DNA of 64,000 nt from the NCBI GenBank assembly GCA_963729605.1, contig CAVSNY010000007.1, positions 1,120,001 to 1,184,000 on the forward strand, in the 5' to 3' direction. A program made the position numbers and the translations under genes. This document shows, piece by piece, positions 40,676-51,113 of this stretch. The notes beneath the pieces were generated by a model that did not search any database, had not been told where the DNA came from, and worked only from the letters and a program-made list of their open reading frames with translations. The stretch's first letter is position 1. Each line of letters opens with the position of its first letter. The DNA comes from an uncultured Gammaproteobacteria bacterium. GTDB taxonomy: Bacteria; Pseudomonadota; Gammaproteobacteria; DRLM01.

Positions 40676-42580
40676 TTAGTGGGAATTTATCTGCGCGGGC
40701 AGGCCGTGGCACGCCTCACGGGCGTAGTGGGCCTTGATGCGCGCGGCGATGGCGTCGGCGGTGAGGCCGGCCTCCTTGAGTAATTCGGGGCGGCTGCCGT
40801 GGTCGAGAAAGACATCGGGCAGGCCGATCTGGATCAGCGCCGCGGTCGAGCCCTGCGCCGCGAGACACTCGCCCACCGCGCTGCCGGCGCCGCCCATCAC
40901 CGCGTTTTCCTCGACCGTGACGATCAAGTCATGCGTCTCGGCCAGGCGCGCGATCAGCCCTTCGTCCAGCGGTTTCACGAAACGCATGTTCACCACGGTG
41001 GCGTCGAGCGTGTCGCCCGCTTGCAACGCGGGCTGCACCATGCTGCCGAAGGCGAGGAGGGCGACGCGGCGGCCGTTGCGCAACACATCGGCCTTGCCGA
41101 TCGGCAGCGCGGTCATGGCTTTCTGTACCGGCACGCCGGGGCCACTGCCGCGCGGATAACGCACCGCCGCCGGCTGCTCCAGATGAAAGCCGGTGTAGAG
41201 CATCTGCCGGCATTCGTTTTCGTCGGCCGGCGCCATCACCACCATATTGGGCAGGCAGCGCAGATAGCTGAAGTCGAAGCTGCCGGCGTGGGTGGGGCCG
41301 TCGGGGCCGACCACCCCGGCGCGGTCGATGGCGAACAGCACCGGCAGATTCTGGATGGCGACGTCGTGGATGAGCTGGTCGTAGCCGCGTTGCAGAAAGG
41401 TCGAGTAGATCGCCACCACCGGTTTTTCGCCTTCGCAGGCGAGGCCCGCCGCGAGCGTGACGGCGTGCTGCTCGGCGATGCCGACGTCGAAATAACGCTT
41501 GGGGAAACGCTCGGAGTAGGCGACGAGGCCCGAGCCTTCGCGCATGGCCGGGGTGATGGCCATCAAGCGCGGGTCTTGCGCCGCCATGTCGCAGATCCAG
41601 TCGCCGAACACCTCGGTGTAGGTCGGCGCGCCGGCCTTGCCGGCGCTCAGGGTGCCGGTGCGCGGATCGAAGGCGCCGACGCCGTGATAGCCGCAGGGAT
41701 TGTCCTCCGCGGGTTTATAACCCTTGCCCTTCTTGGTGACGACGTGCAGGAACTGCGGGCCTTTGAGACCGCGCAGATTGCGCAGGGTCTTCACTAAGGT
41801 GGGCAGGTCGTGGCCGTCCACCGGTCCGATGTAGTTGAAACCGAGTTCCTCGAACAGGGTGCCGGGAATCACCATGCCCTTGACGTGTTCCTCGGCGCGG
41901 CGCGCCAGCTCCCACACCGGCGGCATGTTCTTGAGCGCCTTCTTGCCCTGTTCGCGCAGGTTCACGTAGAGCTTGCCCGACAGGATGCGCGCGAGGTGGT
42001 TGGACAGGCCGCCGACGTTGGGCGAGATCGACATGTCGTTGTCGTTGAGGATCACGAGCAGATCGGTGTGCAGATCGCCGGCGTGATTCAGCGCCTCGAA
42101 GGCCATGCCGGCCGTGAGGGCGCCGTCGCCGATCACCGCGACGACCTTGCGGTCCTCGCCCTGGCGCTCGGCGGCGATGGCCATGCCCAGCGCGGCGCTC
42201 ACCGAGGTGCTGGAGTGGCCGACGCCGAAGGCGTCATAGGGGCTTTCGCTGCGTTTGGGGAAACCGGCCAGGCCGTTCTTTTGCCGCAGGGTGGGCATGT
42301 CGCCGCGGCGGCCGGTCAGTATCTTGTGCGGGTAGCTTTGATGGCCCACGTCCCACACCAGTCGGTCGGCCGGGGTGTTGTAGATGTAGTGAAGGGCGAC
42401 GGTGAGCTCCACCACGCCGAGATTGGCGGCGAGATGGCCGCCGGTGCGACCCACCGAATCGATGAGAAAACGGCGCAATTCATCGGCGAGCGGCGCAAGC
42501 TGGCTTTCCGGCAGCGCGCGCAACTGGTCGGGGTGGTTTATAGCGTCCAGCAACGGATAAGGCATAGGGGTGGTCGTCAC
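40676..42580 (-). CDS. dxs: 1-deoxy-D-xylulose-5-phosphate synthase
   Basis: [40 protein letters not shown]. Confidence 0.97.
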   Translation of the reverse strand: MTTTPMPYPLLDAINHPDQLRALPESQLAPLADELRRFLIDSVGRTGGHLAANLGVVELTVALHYIYNTPADRLVWDVGHQSYPHKILTGRRGDMPTLRQKNGLAGFPKRSESPYDAFGVGHSSTSVSAALGMAIAAERQGEDRKVVAVIGDGALTAGMAFEALNHAGDLHTDLLVILNDNDMSISPNVGGLSNHLARILSGKLYVNLREQGKKALKNMPPVWELARRAEEHVKGMVIPGTLFEELGFNYIGPVDGHDLPTLVKTLRNLRGLKGPQFLHVVTKKGKGYKPAEDNPCGYHGVGAFDPRTGTLSAGKAGAPTYTEVFGDWICDMAAQDPRLMAITPAMREGSGLVAYSERFPKRYFDVGIAEQHAVTLAAGLACEGEKPVVAIYSTFLQRGYDQLIHDVAIQNLPVLFAIDRAGVVGPDGPTHAGSFDFSYLRCLPNMVVMAPADENECRQMLYTGFHLEQPAAVRYPRGSGPGVPVQKAMTALPIGKADVLRNGRRVALLAFGSMVQPALQAGDTLDATVVNMRFVKPLDEGLIARLAETHDLIVTVEENAVMGGAGSAVGECLAAQGSTAALIQIGLPDVFLDHGSRPELLKEAGLTADAIAARIKAHYAREACHGLPAQINSH

Positions 42581-42772
42581 TCACTTGACCATAAAGTGAA
42601 CAGCGCATTATCCGGGCTTGGGGGGTGGATGGCAAGCCGGCGAGAGGGGGCCGGGCGCCGTCCAAACCCTTTAATAAATAAATTGGATTGATGGGTGCGG
42701 GTGCCCGGGCTGGGGTCGTTCCGGCGGGCATGGCCGGGTATAGTGACCCCCATGGCTGGGTGAGGGGCGGGT

Positions 42773-43615
42773 ATGACTGGATGGTTGTTGAATCACGAGT
42801 TGGCGATCCGTCTCGGGGCGTTTTGCGGCGTCCTGGCGCTGATGGCGGTTTGGGAACGCGCCGCGCCGCGGCGGGGCTTGACCCTGCCCAAGGCAGGACG
42901 CTGGGCCGGCAATCTAAGCATCGTGATTCTCGATACGATAGTGGTGCGCTTGTTGTTCCCCGCCGCGGCGGTGGGCATGGCGGCCTTCGCCGCCCGCGAG
43001 GGGTGGGGGGTGTTTAATTACGTCGCCGCGCCGTCCTGGTTGGCGTTGGTGGTTTCCGTGGTGGTATTGGATTTCGCCATTTATCTCCAGCACGTGATGT
43101 TCCATGCCGTGCCCTTGTTATGGCGGCTGCACCGGGTGCACCACGCCGATCTGGATATCGACGTCACCACCGGCCTGCGGTTTCATCCCATCGAGATCGT
43201 GTTGTCGATGTTGCTCAAGTTCGCGGTGATCGCGGTGCTGGGGCCTCCGCTGATCGCGGTGGTGGTCTTCGAAGTGTTGCTCAATGCCGGTTCCATGTTC
43301 AATCACGGCAATGTGCGGTTGCCGCCGGCCTTGGACCGGGTGCTGCGCATGTTGATCGTGACGCCGGACATGCATCGTGTCCACCACTCGGTGGAGGACG
43401 ACGAGACCAACAGCAACTTCGGTTTTAATCTTGCCCTGTGGGACCGGCTGTTCGGCACCTATCGCGACCAGCCCGCCGCCGGGCACCGGGGCATGACCAT
43501 CGGCATACGCACCTTCCGCGATCCGCGGCTGTGCGCGCGTCTGCCGGGCATGTTGCGCATTCCGTTCATCGGAAAAGTGGAAGACTACGCGCTCAATCGA
43601 CGGCGTTGGCCCTGA
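42773..43615 (+). CDS. Sterol desaturase / fatty acid hydroxylase family protein
   Basis: His boxes HVMFH, HRVHH, FNH, HRVHH; SNFG..WDRLFGT. Confidence 0.9.
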   Translation: MTGWLLNHELAIRLGAFCGVLALMAVWERAAPRRGLTLPKAGRWAGNLSIVILDTIVVRLLFPAAAVGMAAFAAREGWGVFNYVAAPSWLALVVSVVVLDFAIYLQHVMFHAVPLLWRLHRVHHADLDIDVTTGLRFHPIEIVLSMLLKFAVIAVLGPPLIAVVVFEVLLNAGSMFNHGNVRLPPALDRVLRMLIVTPDMHRVHHSVEDDETNSNFGFNLALWDRLFGTYRDQPAAGHRGMTIGIRTFRDPRLCARLPGMLRIPFIGKVEDYALNRRRWP

Positions 43616-43743
43616 CTCGGCTGGTGCGAGGTTTTAACCCGGCCGCGCCGAGCGTCGCGGCGACGGTGATTCAATCCAATGTGGCGGACACGGCGGCCAT
43701 GCCGATTTGAGCTTCCTTCGCCGTGGCCGGCGGCGGACGCGGC

Positions 43744-44652
43744 TCAATGGCCGCGCGCGATGATGTAATGCGAGACCCCGCGCAGGGCATCGGCGCGCTG
43801 ATCGAAGTCCGCCAGACTCGCCAAGGCGTCTTCGTGCAGCAGGCGCGCCCGTTCTTTCGCCTCCGCCAGGCCGAGCAGGGACGGATAGGTGGGTTTGGCG
43901 AGGGCGATGTCGGCGCCCTGCCGTTTGCCCAAGGTTTCGGTGTTGGCTTCCACGTCCAGGATATCGTCGCGGATCTGAAAGGCGAGGCCGACGCATTTGG
44001 CGTAATGGTCGAGTCCCTGCAGCGTGGCGGCGTCGAGTCCGTTGCCGCACAGGGCGGCCAGGCGGACCGCGGCGCGGATCAGCGCGCCGGTTTTGTGGAT
44101 GTGCATGTCTTCCAACTGGGCGATGTCCAGTTGCCTACCGACCGCGGCGAGGTCGATGGCCTGTCCGCCGCACATGCCGCGCGAGCCGGCGGCGACGGCG
44201 AGGCTGGCGACCATCTCCACCCGCGCCGCGGGGCTGGCGGCCATGGCCTCGTTGCGGGCCAGGATCTGGAAGGCCAGGGCCTGCAGGGCGTCCCCCGCCA
44301 GGATGGCGGTGGCCTCGTCGAAGGCGCGGTGGCAGGTGGGTTTGCCGCGGCGCAGGTCGTCGTTGTCCATGGCCGGCAGGTCGTCGTGGATCAGCGAATA
44401 GGCATGGATCAATTCCACCGCGCAAGCGGGACCGTCCAAGCGTTCCTCGGGCAGGCCCAAGGCCAGGCCGGTGGCGTAGACCAGCACCGGGCGCACCCGC
44501 TTGCCGCCGCCCAGCACGGAATAGCGCATGGCCTCGTGTAAACGTGAAGGATGCAGGCCGGCGGCGGGCAGGCAACGGGCCAGGGCGTTTTCCACCCGCT
44601 CGCACCAGCCCGGCATGCGCCGGGTCAGTTCGGTGAGGGTTTTAGTCTCCAT
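43744..44652 (-). CDS. ispA: Farnesyl diphosphate synthase
   Basis: [34 protein letters not shown]. Confidence 0.95.
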   Translation of the reverse strand: METKTLTELTRRMPGWCERVENALARCLPAAGLHPSRLHEAMRYSVLGGGKRVRPVLVYATGLALGLPEERLDGPACAVELIHAYSLIHDDLPAMDNDDLRRGKPTCHRAFDEATAILAGDALQALAFQILARNEAMAASPAARVEMVASLAVAAGSRGMCGGQAIDLAAVGRQLDIAQLEDMHIHKTGALIRAAVRLAALCGNGLDAATLQGLDHYAKCVGLAFQIRDDILDVEANTETLGKRQGADIALAKPTYPSLLGLAEAKERARLLHEDALASLADFDQRADALRGVSHYIIARGH

Positions 44653-44878
44653 CGGTGAAGGTTTGTACCACGGCTTGCCCGTCTTTTTCCAAGAGGATTT
44701 CCACTTTTTGTTCCGCGTCGCGCAGGGCCTGCTGGCACTGGCGGGTGAGGGCGACGCCGCGCTCGAAGTCCCCCAGCGATTCTTCGAGGCTGAGATCGCC
44801 GCGCTCCATTTTTTCCACCAGGGTTTCCAGTTCCTTGAGCGCGTCTTCGAAAGGGGCGGTCGATTTTTTCTTGGCCAA
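44642..44878 (-). CDS. xseB: Exodeoxyribonuclease VII small subunit
   Basis: [24 protein letters not shown]. Confidence 0.93.
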   Translation of the reverse strand: MAKKKSTAPFEDALKELETLVEKMERGDLSLEESLGDFERGVALTRQCQQALRDAEQKVEILLEKDGQAVVQTFTDGD

Positions 44879-44980
44879 GGCTATGCTCCATTAACGAGGA
44901 CGCAACGTTAGCGCACCGTCTCTTGCCGGTCAACGCGTCAGGATAGGGCCGGGGGCGGGAATAAAGCTGGAAACCGAGGA

Positions 44981-45034
44981 TTGACAGGGCGCGGTCTCGG
45001 ACTTAGATTTAGGTCTCGATTAGAATTGTTCTAA
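44981..45034 (+). promoter_or_regulatory. Sigma70 promoter plus downstream palindromic operator (Fur-family-like)
   Basis: TTGACA-N17-TAGATT; TTAGAA-TTG-TTCTAA at 45020-45034. Confidence 0.65.
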
Positions 45035-45099
45035 AAACGACGAAAGGCTCTCGCGCTCATGGCGGGGATTTGGATAGATGTCCAGAAGGAGGAAGTATC

Positions 45100-45519
45100 A
45101 TGGCACTGAAAAACAGCAGGACCGAAGAGAATCTCAAGGCGGCCTTCGCCGGCGAATCCCAGGCCAATCGCCGTTATCTGTATTTCGCGGCCAAGGCCGA
45201 TGTGGAGGGTTATAACGACGTGGCGGCGGTGTTCCGTTCCACGGCGGAGGGCGAGACCGGGCACGCCCACGGTCATTTGGAATATCTGGAAGAAGTGGGT
45301 GACCCCGCCACCGGCCTGCCCATCGGCGGCACCGGCCTGAACCTCAAGGCGGCCATCGCCGGCGAAACCCACGAATACACCGACATGTATCCCGGCATGG
45401 CCAAGACCGCCCGTCAGGAAGGCTTCGACGAGATCGCCGATTGGTTCGAGACCCTGGCCAAGGCCGAACGCTCTCACGCCAACCGTTTCCAAAAGGCGCT
45501 GGACACCCTCGGCAGTTAA
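45100..45519 (+). CDS. rbr: Rubrerythrin (short, no rubredoxin domain)
   Basis: [36 protein letters not shown]. Confidence 0.93.
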   Translation: MALKNSRTEENLKAAFAGESQANRRYLYFAAKADVEGYNDVAAVFRSTAEGETGHAHGHLEYLEEVGDPATGLPIGGTGLNLKAAIAGETHEYTDMYPGMAKTARQEGFDEIADWFETLAKAERSHANRFQKALDTLGS

Positions 45520-45587
45520 TGCAGGTGACGCCGCTGGGGATCGACGTCCCCAGCGCGATTTTTCCGCCTTGAGTCTTAAGGAACGTT

Positions 45588-46934
45588 ATGACGGAAGCGA
45601 CGACATCGCCGCGGGAAGGCAGTCTCGAGGCGCCGACCCGCCACCCGCTCGATTGGCGGAGCCCCGAGTTCTACGACGAGGGCGCCTTGTTCAAGGAATT
45701 GGCGCGGGTCTACGACATCTGCCACGGCTGCCGCCGCTGCTTCAGTCTGTGCAACGCCTTCCCCACCTTGTTCGACGCCATCGACAACTCCGACACCTTG
45801 GAATTGGATGGCGTGCCTAAGCGTGTCTACTGGGACGTGGTGGATCAGTGTTATCTCTGCGACATGTGTTACATGACCAAGTGTCCCTACGTGCCGCCTC
45901 ATCCGTGGAACGTGGACTTTCCCCATCTGATGTTGCGCGGCAAGGCGGTGAAGTTCGCCAAGGGCGAGGTCAAGCCCCGCGACAAATTGCTCACCGCCAC
46001 CGATAAAGTGGGCAGGCTGGCGAGTATTCCGGTGGTGGTGGAAGTGGTCAACGCCGCCAACAAGAACCGAACGGCGCGCAAGCTGCTCGACAAGATGCTG
46101 GGCGTGCATCCCGACGCGCTCTTGCCCGAATATCACAGCGACACGCTGGCCAACCGCCTCGCCGGCCACGCCCGGCCCGATCTCGCACCGCAGCCCGCCG
46201 AGGGCACGCGGGGCAAGGTGGCCTTGTTCGGCACCTGTTACGGCAATTACAACGAACCCCATTTGGGCGAGGATCTGGTGGCGGTGTTCGAACACAACGG
46301 CATCCCCGTCAGTTTGATCGAAAACAGCCGCTGTTGCGGCATGCCCAAATTGGAACTGGGTGATTTGGATTCGGTGGCCGCCGCCAAGGACCACAATATT
46401 CCCCTGCTCGCCGCCCTGGTGGATGAGGGTTACGACATCGTGGCGCCGGTGCCGTCTTGCGTGCTGATGTTCAAACAGGAATTGCCACTGATGTTTCCCG
46501 AGGATCCGGCGGTGGCCAAGGTGCGTGCCGCGATCTTCGATCCCTTCGAATATCTGGCGCTGCGCCACAAGGCGGGCAAGTTCAACACCCAATTCAAATC
46601 CGCGCTGGGCAAGGTCGCTTATCACGTGGCCTGCCACCTGCGGGTGCAGAACATCGGTCTCAAGACCCGCGACATTTTGAGCCTGGTGCAAGACACCCAA
46701 GTGGAGGCCATCGAACGCTGCTCGGGACACAACGGCACCTACGCGGTGAAGCGCGAATTCCACGCCGACTCGATGAAGATCGGCAAGCCGGTGGTTACCC
46801 GGGTGCAAAAGGCCGAGGCCGATCATTACAGCAGCGATTGCGCCATGGCCGGCCATCAAATCGAAAACGGCCTGGACGACGGCAGCGCGCCGACCCATCC
46901 CATGAATCTGTTGCGACTCGCCTACGGTATCTGA
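45588..46934 (+). CDS. Rubrerythrin-associated Fe-S oxidoreductase (GlpC/HdrD-like)
   Basis: CHGCRRCFSLC, CYLCDMC...C, CCG and CSG domains. Confidence 0.9.
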   Translation: MTEATTSPREGSLEAPTRHPLDWRSPEFYDEGALFKELARVYDICHGCRRCFSLCNAFPTLFDAIDNSDTLELDGVPKRVYWDVVDQCYLCDMCYMTKCPYVPPHPWNVDFPHLMLRGKAVKFAKGEVKPRDKLLTATDKVGRLASIPVVVEVVNAANKNRTARKLLDKMLGVHPDALLPEYHSDTLANRLAGHARPDLAPQPAEGTRGKVALFGTCYGNYNEPHLGEDLVAVFEHNGIPVSLIENSRCCGMPKLELGDLDSVAAAKDHNIPLLAALVDEGYDIVAPVPSCVLMFKQELPLMFPEDPAVAKVRAAIFDPFEYLALRHKAGKFNTQFKSALGKVAYHVACHLRVQNIGLKTRDILSLVQDTQVEAIERCSGHNGTYAVKREFHADSMKIGKPVVTRVQKAEADHYSSDCAMAGHQIENGLDDGSAPTHPMNLLRLAYGI

Positions 46935-46945
46935 CGAGGAAGATC

Positions 46946-47530
46946 ATGCAAAAACTGAGACGTGAAGATCTGTTCACATTGGAAACGTATTCCGCCGAGC
47001 GCGCCGCCTTTCGCGAAAAGCTCATCGCCCACAAGAAAGACCGCCGCGTACAACTCGGCGAACACGCCACGCTCAATTTCGAGGACAGGCTCACCATCCA
47101 ATATCAAATCCAGGAGATGCTGCGCATCGAACGCATCTTCGAGGCCGCCGGCATCAACGAGGAATTGGCGGCCTACAATCCGCTGATTCCCGACGGCACC
47201 AATTGGAAGGCCACCTTCATGGTGGAATATGAAGAGGTTGAAGAACGCCGCGCCGCCCTCGAACGGCTGGTCGGTATCGAACACCGGGTGTGGGCGAGGG
47301 TGGACGATTTCCCGCCGGTGTTCGCGATCGCCGACGAGGACATGGACCGCGCGACCGCACAAAAGACCTCCGCCGTGCATTTTCTGCGTTTTGAGTTGAC
47401 CCCGCCGATGATCGCCGCCGCCAAAGAGGGCGCCGCGCTGGGTATGGGCATCGATCATCCCGCTTATCGTTGCGCGATCGAATCCCTGCCGGAGAACACC
47501 CGCGCCGCCTTGGCGCGGGACTTGGACTGA
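46946..47530 (+). CDS. DUF3501-like protein
   Basis: FEDRLTIQYQIQEMLRIE, YNPLIP, SAVHFLRF; third gene of the rubrerythrin cluster. Confidence 0.85.
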   Translation: MQKLRREDLFTLETYSAERAAFREKLIAHKKDRRVQLGEHATLNFEDRLTIQYQIQEMLRIERIFEAAGINEELAAYNPLIPDGTNWKATFMVEYEEVEERRAALERLVGIEHRVWARVDDFPPVFAIADEDMDRATAQKTSAVHFLRFELTPPMIAAAKEGAALGMGIDHPAYRCAIESLPENTRAALARDLD

Positions 47531-47677
47531 TCCCATCCGCCGTTCTGCGTAACGGCAAGCCGTGCGCACGCCGTTGCCGGATTGGCGAAGACGAAATTCG
47601 CGGTCCGCTGGAACGTTGGAAACAAGACAACTACGTCGGCGCTGATCGCCGCCGCGACCTATCGGACCGCTGAAAAT

Positions 47678-49279
47678 TTATTTCGCCAGCGTGAAGTAAA
47701 AACACGCGCCCTTGTCGGGCTTGGCCTCCGCCCAGATCCGGCCGCCGTGTTTGTGAATGATGCGCTGCACGATGGCCAGCCCGACGCCGGTGCCGGGCAT
47801 TTCGGCGCTCGAATGCAGGCGCTGGAAAGGCGTGAAGAGTTTTCCGGCATAGGCCATGTCGAAACCCATGCCGTTATCGCGCAGATAATAATAGGTTCCT
47901 TCGTTGGCATCCTCGGCGCGGCCGAATTCGATCCGCGCATGCTCGCGTTTCGAAGTGAACTTCCAGGCGTTTGAGATCAGGTTCTGCAGCAGGGCGTGCA
48001 TGAGGCCGGGATCGCCTGAGACGAAGATATCTTCCGGCAGAACGAAGTCGAGATGGCGTTGCGGCGGGAGTGAGCGCAGCTCGGAAATGATTTCGCGGGC
48101 GATGACGCTGAGATTCACCTGCTCGCGGCGCACCGGCACATGGCTCATCCGCGACAAGGTCAGCAAGTCTTCGATGAGTTGTTCCATGTGGTGCACCGAC
48201 CGCTTCAGGCGTTGCAGGTATTCCCGGCCTTCTTCGCCCAGTTGGTCGGAGCAGTCCTCGAGTAAAATGTTGCTGAAACCCTGCATGTGTCTGAGCGGCG
48301 CCCGCAGGTCGTGGAATACGGCGAAGGAAAAGGCTTCCAATTCCTTGTTGGTCGCCTCCAGCTGCGCGGTCCGTTCGCTCACCCGCTGTTCGAGTTCCGA
48401 ATACAGCCGGATGTTCTCCAAGGCGATCGACGTGCTGTCGGCGAGGGCTTGCAGCAGATTGAGTTCTTCCGGCGTCGCGCGGTGGTGATTCGCCCAGTAG
48501 TTGCCGATGGCGCCGATCGCGGCCGCCGGCCGAATGGGAATCATGGCCAGGCTTTTGACAAACGTCGGACGATAGGCGTCCACCGGAATCCGCGCATCGC
48601 TATAGACGTCTTCGATCACCGCTGCTTGGCCGTTCAACATCGTCCAACCGCTGATACAGGCATTCATGGGAAAACGCCGTCCCTTCCACAGCGGGCCGAT
48701 GGCGTTTTCTTCGACGTAATGACACTGGTCTCCTTCGCGCAACACCAGGGTGGCGCCGTCGGCGCCGGTGAGTTCGCGGGCGGCGTTGCGCACGATGGAC
48801 ATCACCTCTTCAAGCGTGTGCGCCAAGGAAAGTTCCTGGATCGCGGCGATCAAGCGCGCCGATGCGGAAGAGGTATACGATGGCTGGTAATCCTGAGTCG
48901 CCTGCCGATTTTTCGCCAAGGCGTTTTGCACGGCGCTCACCAGTTCCGGCAATTGCGCCTTTGACGCGTAGGCGGTAGCCCCCGCTGCTTCGATCTGTTC
49001 GATCCCGGCCTGGTCGAGATAACCCGATACAAAAATAAAGGGAATGTCCGGGCATTGTTCGCGGGCGATGCGGAAGGCCGATAGGCCGTCGAAGCCGGGC
49101 ACTTTGCTATCCGACAAAATGATATCCATATCACCGCTTTGGATCGCCATGAGGTATTTGTCGCGGGTGTCGACGATGTTGACCGTTGAGCCAATCACGT
49201 TTTTTTTCAAGGCATTGCGGACAAGCTCGGCCTCGTTAAGATCGTCTTCCAGATAGAGAATGCGCGGGGGGTTATTCAT
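47678..49279 (-). CDS. Cytoplasmic REC-GAF histidine kinase
   Basis: ILYLEDD..DIILSD receiver, GAF, HDLRAPL H-box, NLISNAWKF, DNGMGF, GTGVGL. Confidence 0.9.
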   Translation of the reverse strand: MNNPPRILYLEDDLNEAELVRNALKKNVIGSTVNIVDTRDKYLMAIQSGDMDIILSDSKVPGFDGLSAFRIAREQCPDIPFIFVSGYLDQAGIEQIEAAGATAYASKAQLPELVSAVQNALAKNRQATQDYQPSYTSSASARLIAAIQELSLAHTLEEVMSIVRNAARELTGADGATLVLREGDQCHYVEENAIGPLWKGRRFPMNACISGWTMLNGQAAVIEDVYSDARIPVDAYRPTFVKSLAMIPIRPAAAIGAIGNYWANHHRATPEELNLLQALADSTSIALENIRLYSELEQRVSERTAQLEATNKELEAFSFAVFHDLRAPLRHMQGFSNILLEDCSDQLGEEGREYLQRLKRSVHHMEQLIEDLLTLSRMSHVPVRREQVNLSVIAREIISELRSLPPQRHLDFVLPEDIFVSGDPGLMHALLQNLISNAWKFTSKREHARIEFGRAEDANEGTYYYLRDNGMGFDMAYAGKLFTPFQRLHSSAEMPGTGVGLAIVQRIIHKHGGRIWAEAKPDKGACFYFTLAK

Positions 49280-49348
49280 GGATACTCCTAACTCCTACTG
49301 CTTACTGCTCCTGATTACGGCTAACCGACTGCTGGGGCTACTCTATAG

Positions 49349-49375
49349 TCATCGTCGATAAGCGAATAAACATTA
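49349..49375 (-). promoter_or_regulatory. Putative sigma28 (FliA) promoter
   Basis: TAATGTTT-N11-GACGATGA versus consensus TAAAGTTT-N11-GCCGATAA. Confidence 0.4.
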
Positions 49376-49464
49376 ATTATAGACAGACACGCATAAATGC
49401 CTACTCGTCGGCTGCGACTGCCTTTGGTAGAGCGTGTTCATTCGTTGCGGTGAAATGACGCCGC

Positions 49465-49737
49465 TTAGACGGGGATTTCACCCGGTACGATTTCATCCAC
49501 GTAACACCAGATCCAAGCCTCGCCCGGTTCCGCCGAACGGATCAGCGGGTGTCTGGTCGCTTGAAAATGCCGGGTAGCATGGCGGTTCGGCGACGAGTCG
49601 CAACAGCCGACGTGGCCGCAACTGAGGCACAGGCGCAGATGAACCCAGCTGCCGCCGGTCTTGATGCAGTCGTCGCAAAAATTTTTTTCGGTGTGGGTGA
49701 TCCTGATCTGATCCAAATGCGTGCATTGCCGGGACAT
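49465..49737 (-). CDS. UBP-type zinc finger protein
   Basis: CTHL, CDDC, WVHLRLCLSCGHVGCCDSS..RHA..H, WCYVD. Confidence 0.9.
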   Translation of the reverse strand: MSRQCTHLDQIRITHTEKNFCDDCIKTGGSWVHLRLCLSCGHVGCCDSSPNRHATRHFQATRHPLIRSAEPGEAWIWCYVDEIVPGEIPV

Positions 49738-50003
49738 GATCTCCTCCAATCGCAGTCGATTGAGTTTCCTCGATCGATGGAATCCGTTCAGGAAGCGTTG
49801 GCCGGTTTAATAAAGCGGGAAGGCGGTCAGGCTATGGATGACTCCGATGACAGAAGAGTAGCCGCCGCATAGGGAATTACAAGTGCAGGAAAAAATATTC
49901 GTCGCGGCGGACAGTCTATTTCACACGCCGGCTGAAGGCGGATTTTTTCACCGGGGTGATCCGGGTGCCCTGTAAACCGCGGTGGCCGGAAGCGGCGTCC
50001 CCC

Positions 50004-50795
50004 TCAAAACGCGCTTTTGATGACGCCGCCGTCGACGCGCAACGCGGCGCCGGTGGTGGCGGAGGCCAGTGGGCTGGCGATATAAGCCACCAGCGACGCC
50101 ACCTCCTCGGTGGCGGCGAAGCGTTTGATCAGCGAGGTGGGCCGGACCTTTTCAAAAAATGCCTGTTCGAATTCCGCGAAGGATTTCCCTTCGGCCTTGG
50201 CCAAGGTATCGACGAAGTCGCCGACTCCGCGCGATTTGGTGGGACCGGGCAGGACGCTGTTCACGGTGATGCCGGTGCCGGCCACCGCCTCGGCCAGGCC
50301 GCGCGCCACGGCGATCTGCGCGGTTTTGGTCATGCCGTAGTGGATCATTTCCGCGGGGATTTGCACCGCGCTTTCGCTGGAGATGAAAATGATGCGGCCC
50401 CAGTTGCGGCGTTTCATCGCGGGGAGATACAGGCGGGCGAGGCGCACGCCGCTGAGCACGTTGACGTTGAAGAAACGTAACCAATCCTCGTCCGGGATAT
50501 CTTCGAAGGGCTTGGGCTCGAAAATCCCGAGGTTGTTGATCAATATGGCTACGTCCGGATATAAAGCCGCGAGTTGGTTGGCCGCCGCCGCCGTGCTCAG
50601 ATCGCCGGCGTAGCCGTAGATCTCGGTTCCTGTCGCGGACTTGAGCCTGGCCGCCACCTCGTCCACCGCGGCCTGTGACCGGCCGGTGATGATCACGCGC
50701 GCGCCTTCCTGTGCGAGCGCCGTCGCGATGGCGTGTCCGATCCCCGCCGTGCTGCCGGTGACCAGGGCCAGTTTGTCGGTCAATTTGAGATCCAT
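50004..50795 (-). CDS. SDR family oxidoreductase
   Basis: TGSTAGIG, NNLG, YGMTK, VDGG. Confidence 0.93.
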   Translation of the reverse strand: MDLKLTDKLALVTGSTAGIGHAIATALAQEGARVIITGRSQAAVDEVAARLKSATGTEIYGYAGDLSTAAAANQLAALYPDVAILINNLGIFEPKPFEDIPDEDWLRFFNVNVLSGVRLARLYLPAMKRRNWGRIIFISSESAVQIPAEMIHYGMTKTAQIAVARGLAEAVAGTGITVNSVLPGPTKSRGVGDFVDTLAKAEGKSFAEFEQAFFEKVRPTSLIKRFAATEEVASLVAYIASPLASATTGAALRVDGGVIKSAF

Positions 50796-51113
50796 GGTGT
50801 GCTACTTGGGTGAGGGGCCTGCACGCAAATCGCGATGAATCCCGGGGTCCGTTCATCGTCTCCGCGGACGACAAAGGCGAAATAACATTCTTGCGTCAGA
50901 AACTCGCTGAATCTCGCCGTTATTGCGTCGAGCTTGAAGTGGAAGGTATGAACGCCGGTCGCGTTCAGGATTTCGTACGGCGATTCGCCGGCCGGGGTTC
51001 CGATGTCATGCGCGGCTTCGGTCCGCGCCGGGTGGATGTCCGCGCTTATGTTTCGCCCCGAAAAAACCGCCGCTGAAAAATCCCGGGACCGGCGCATGAT
51101 GTCCGCTGACCGG

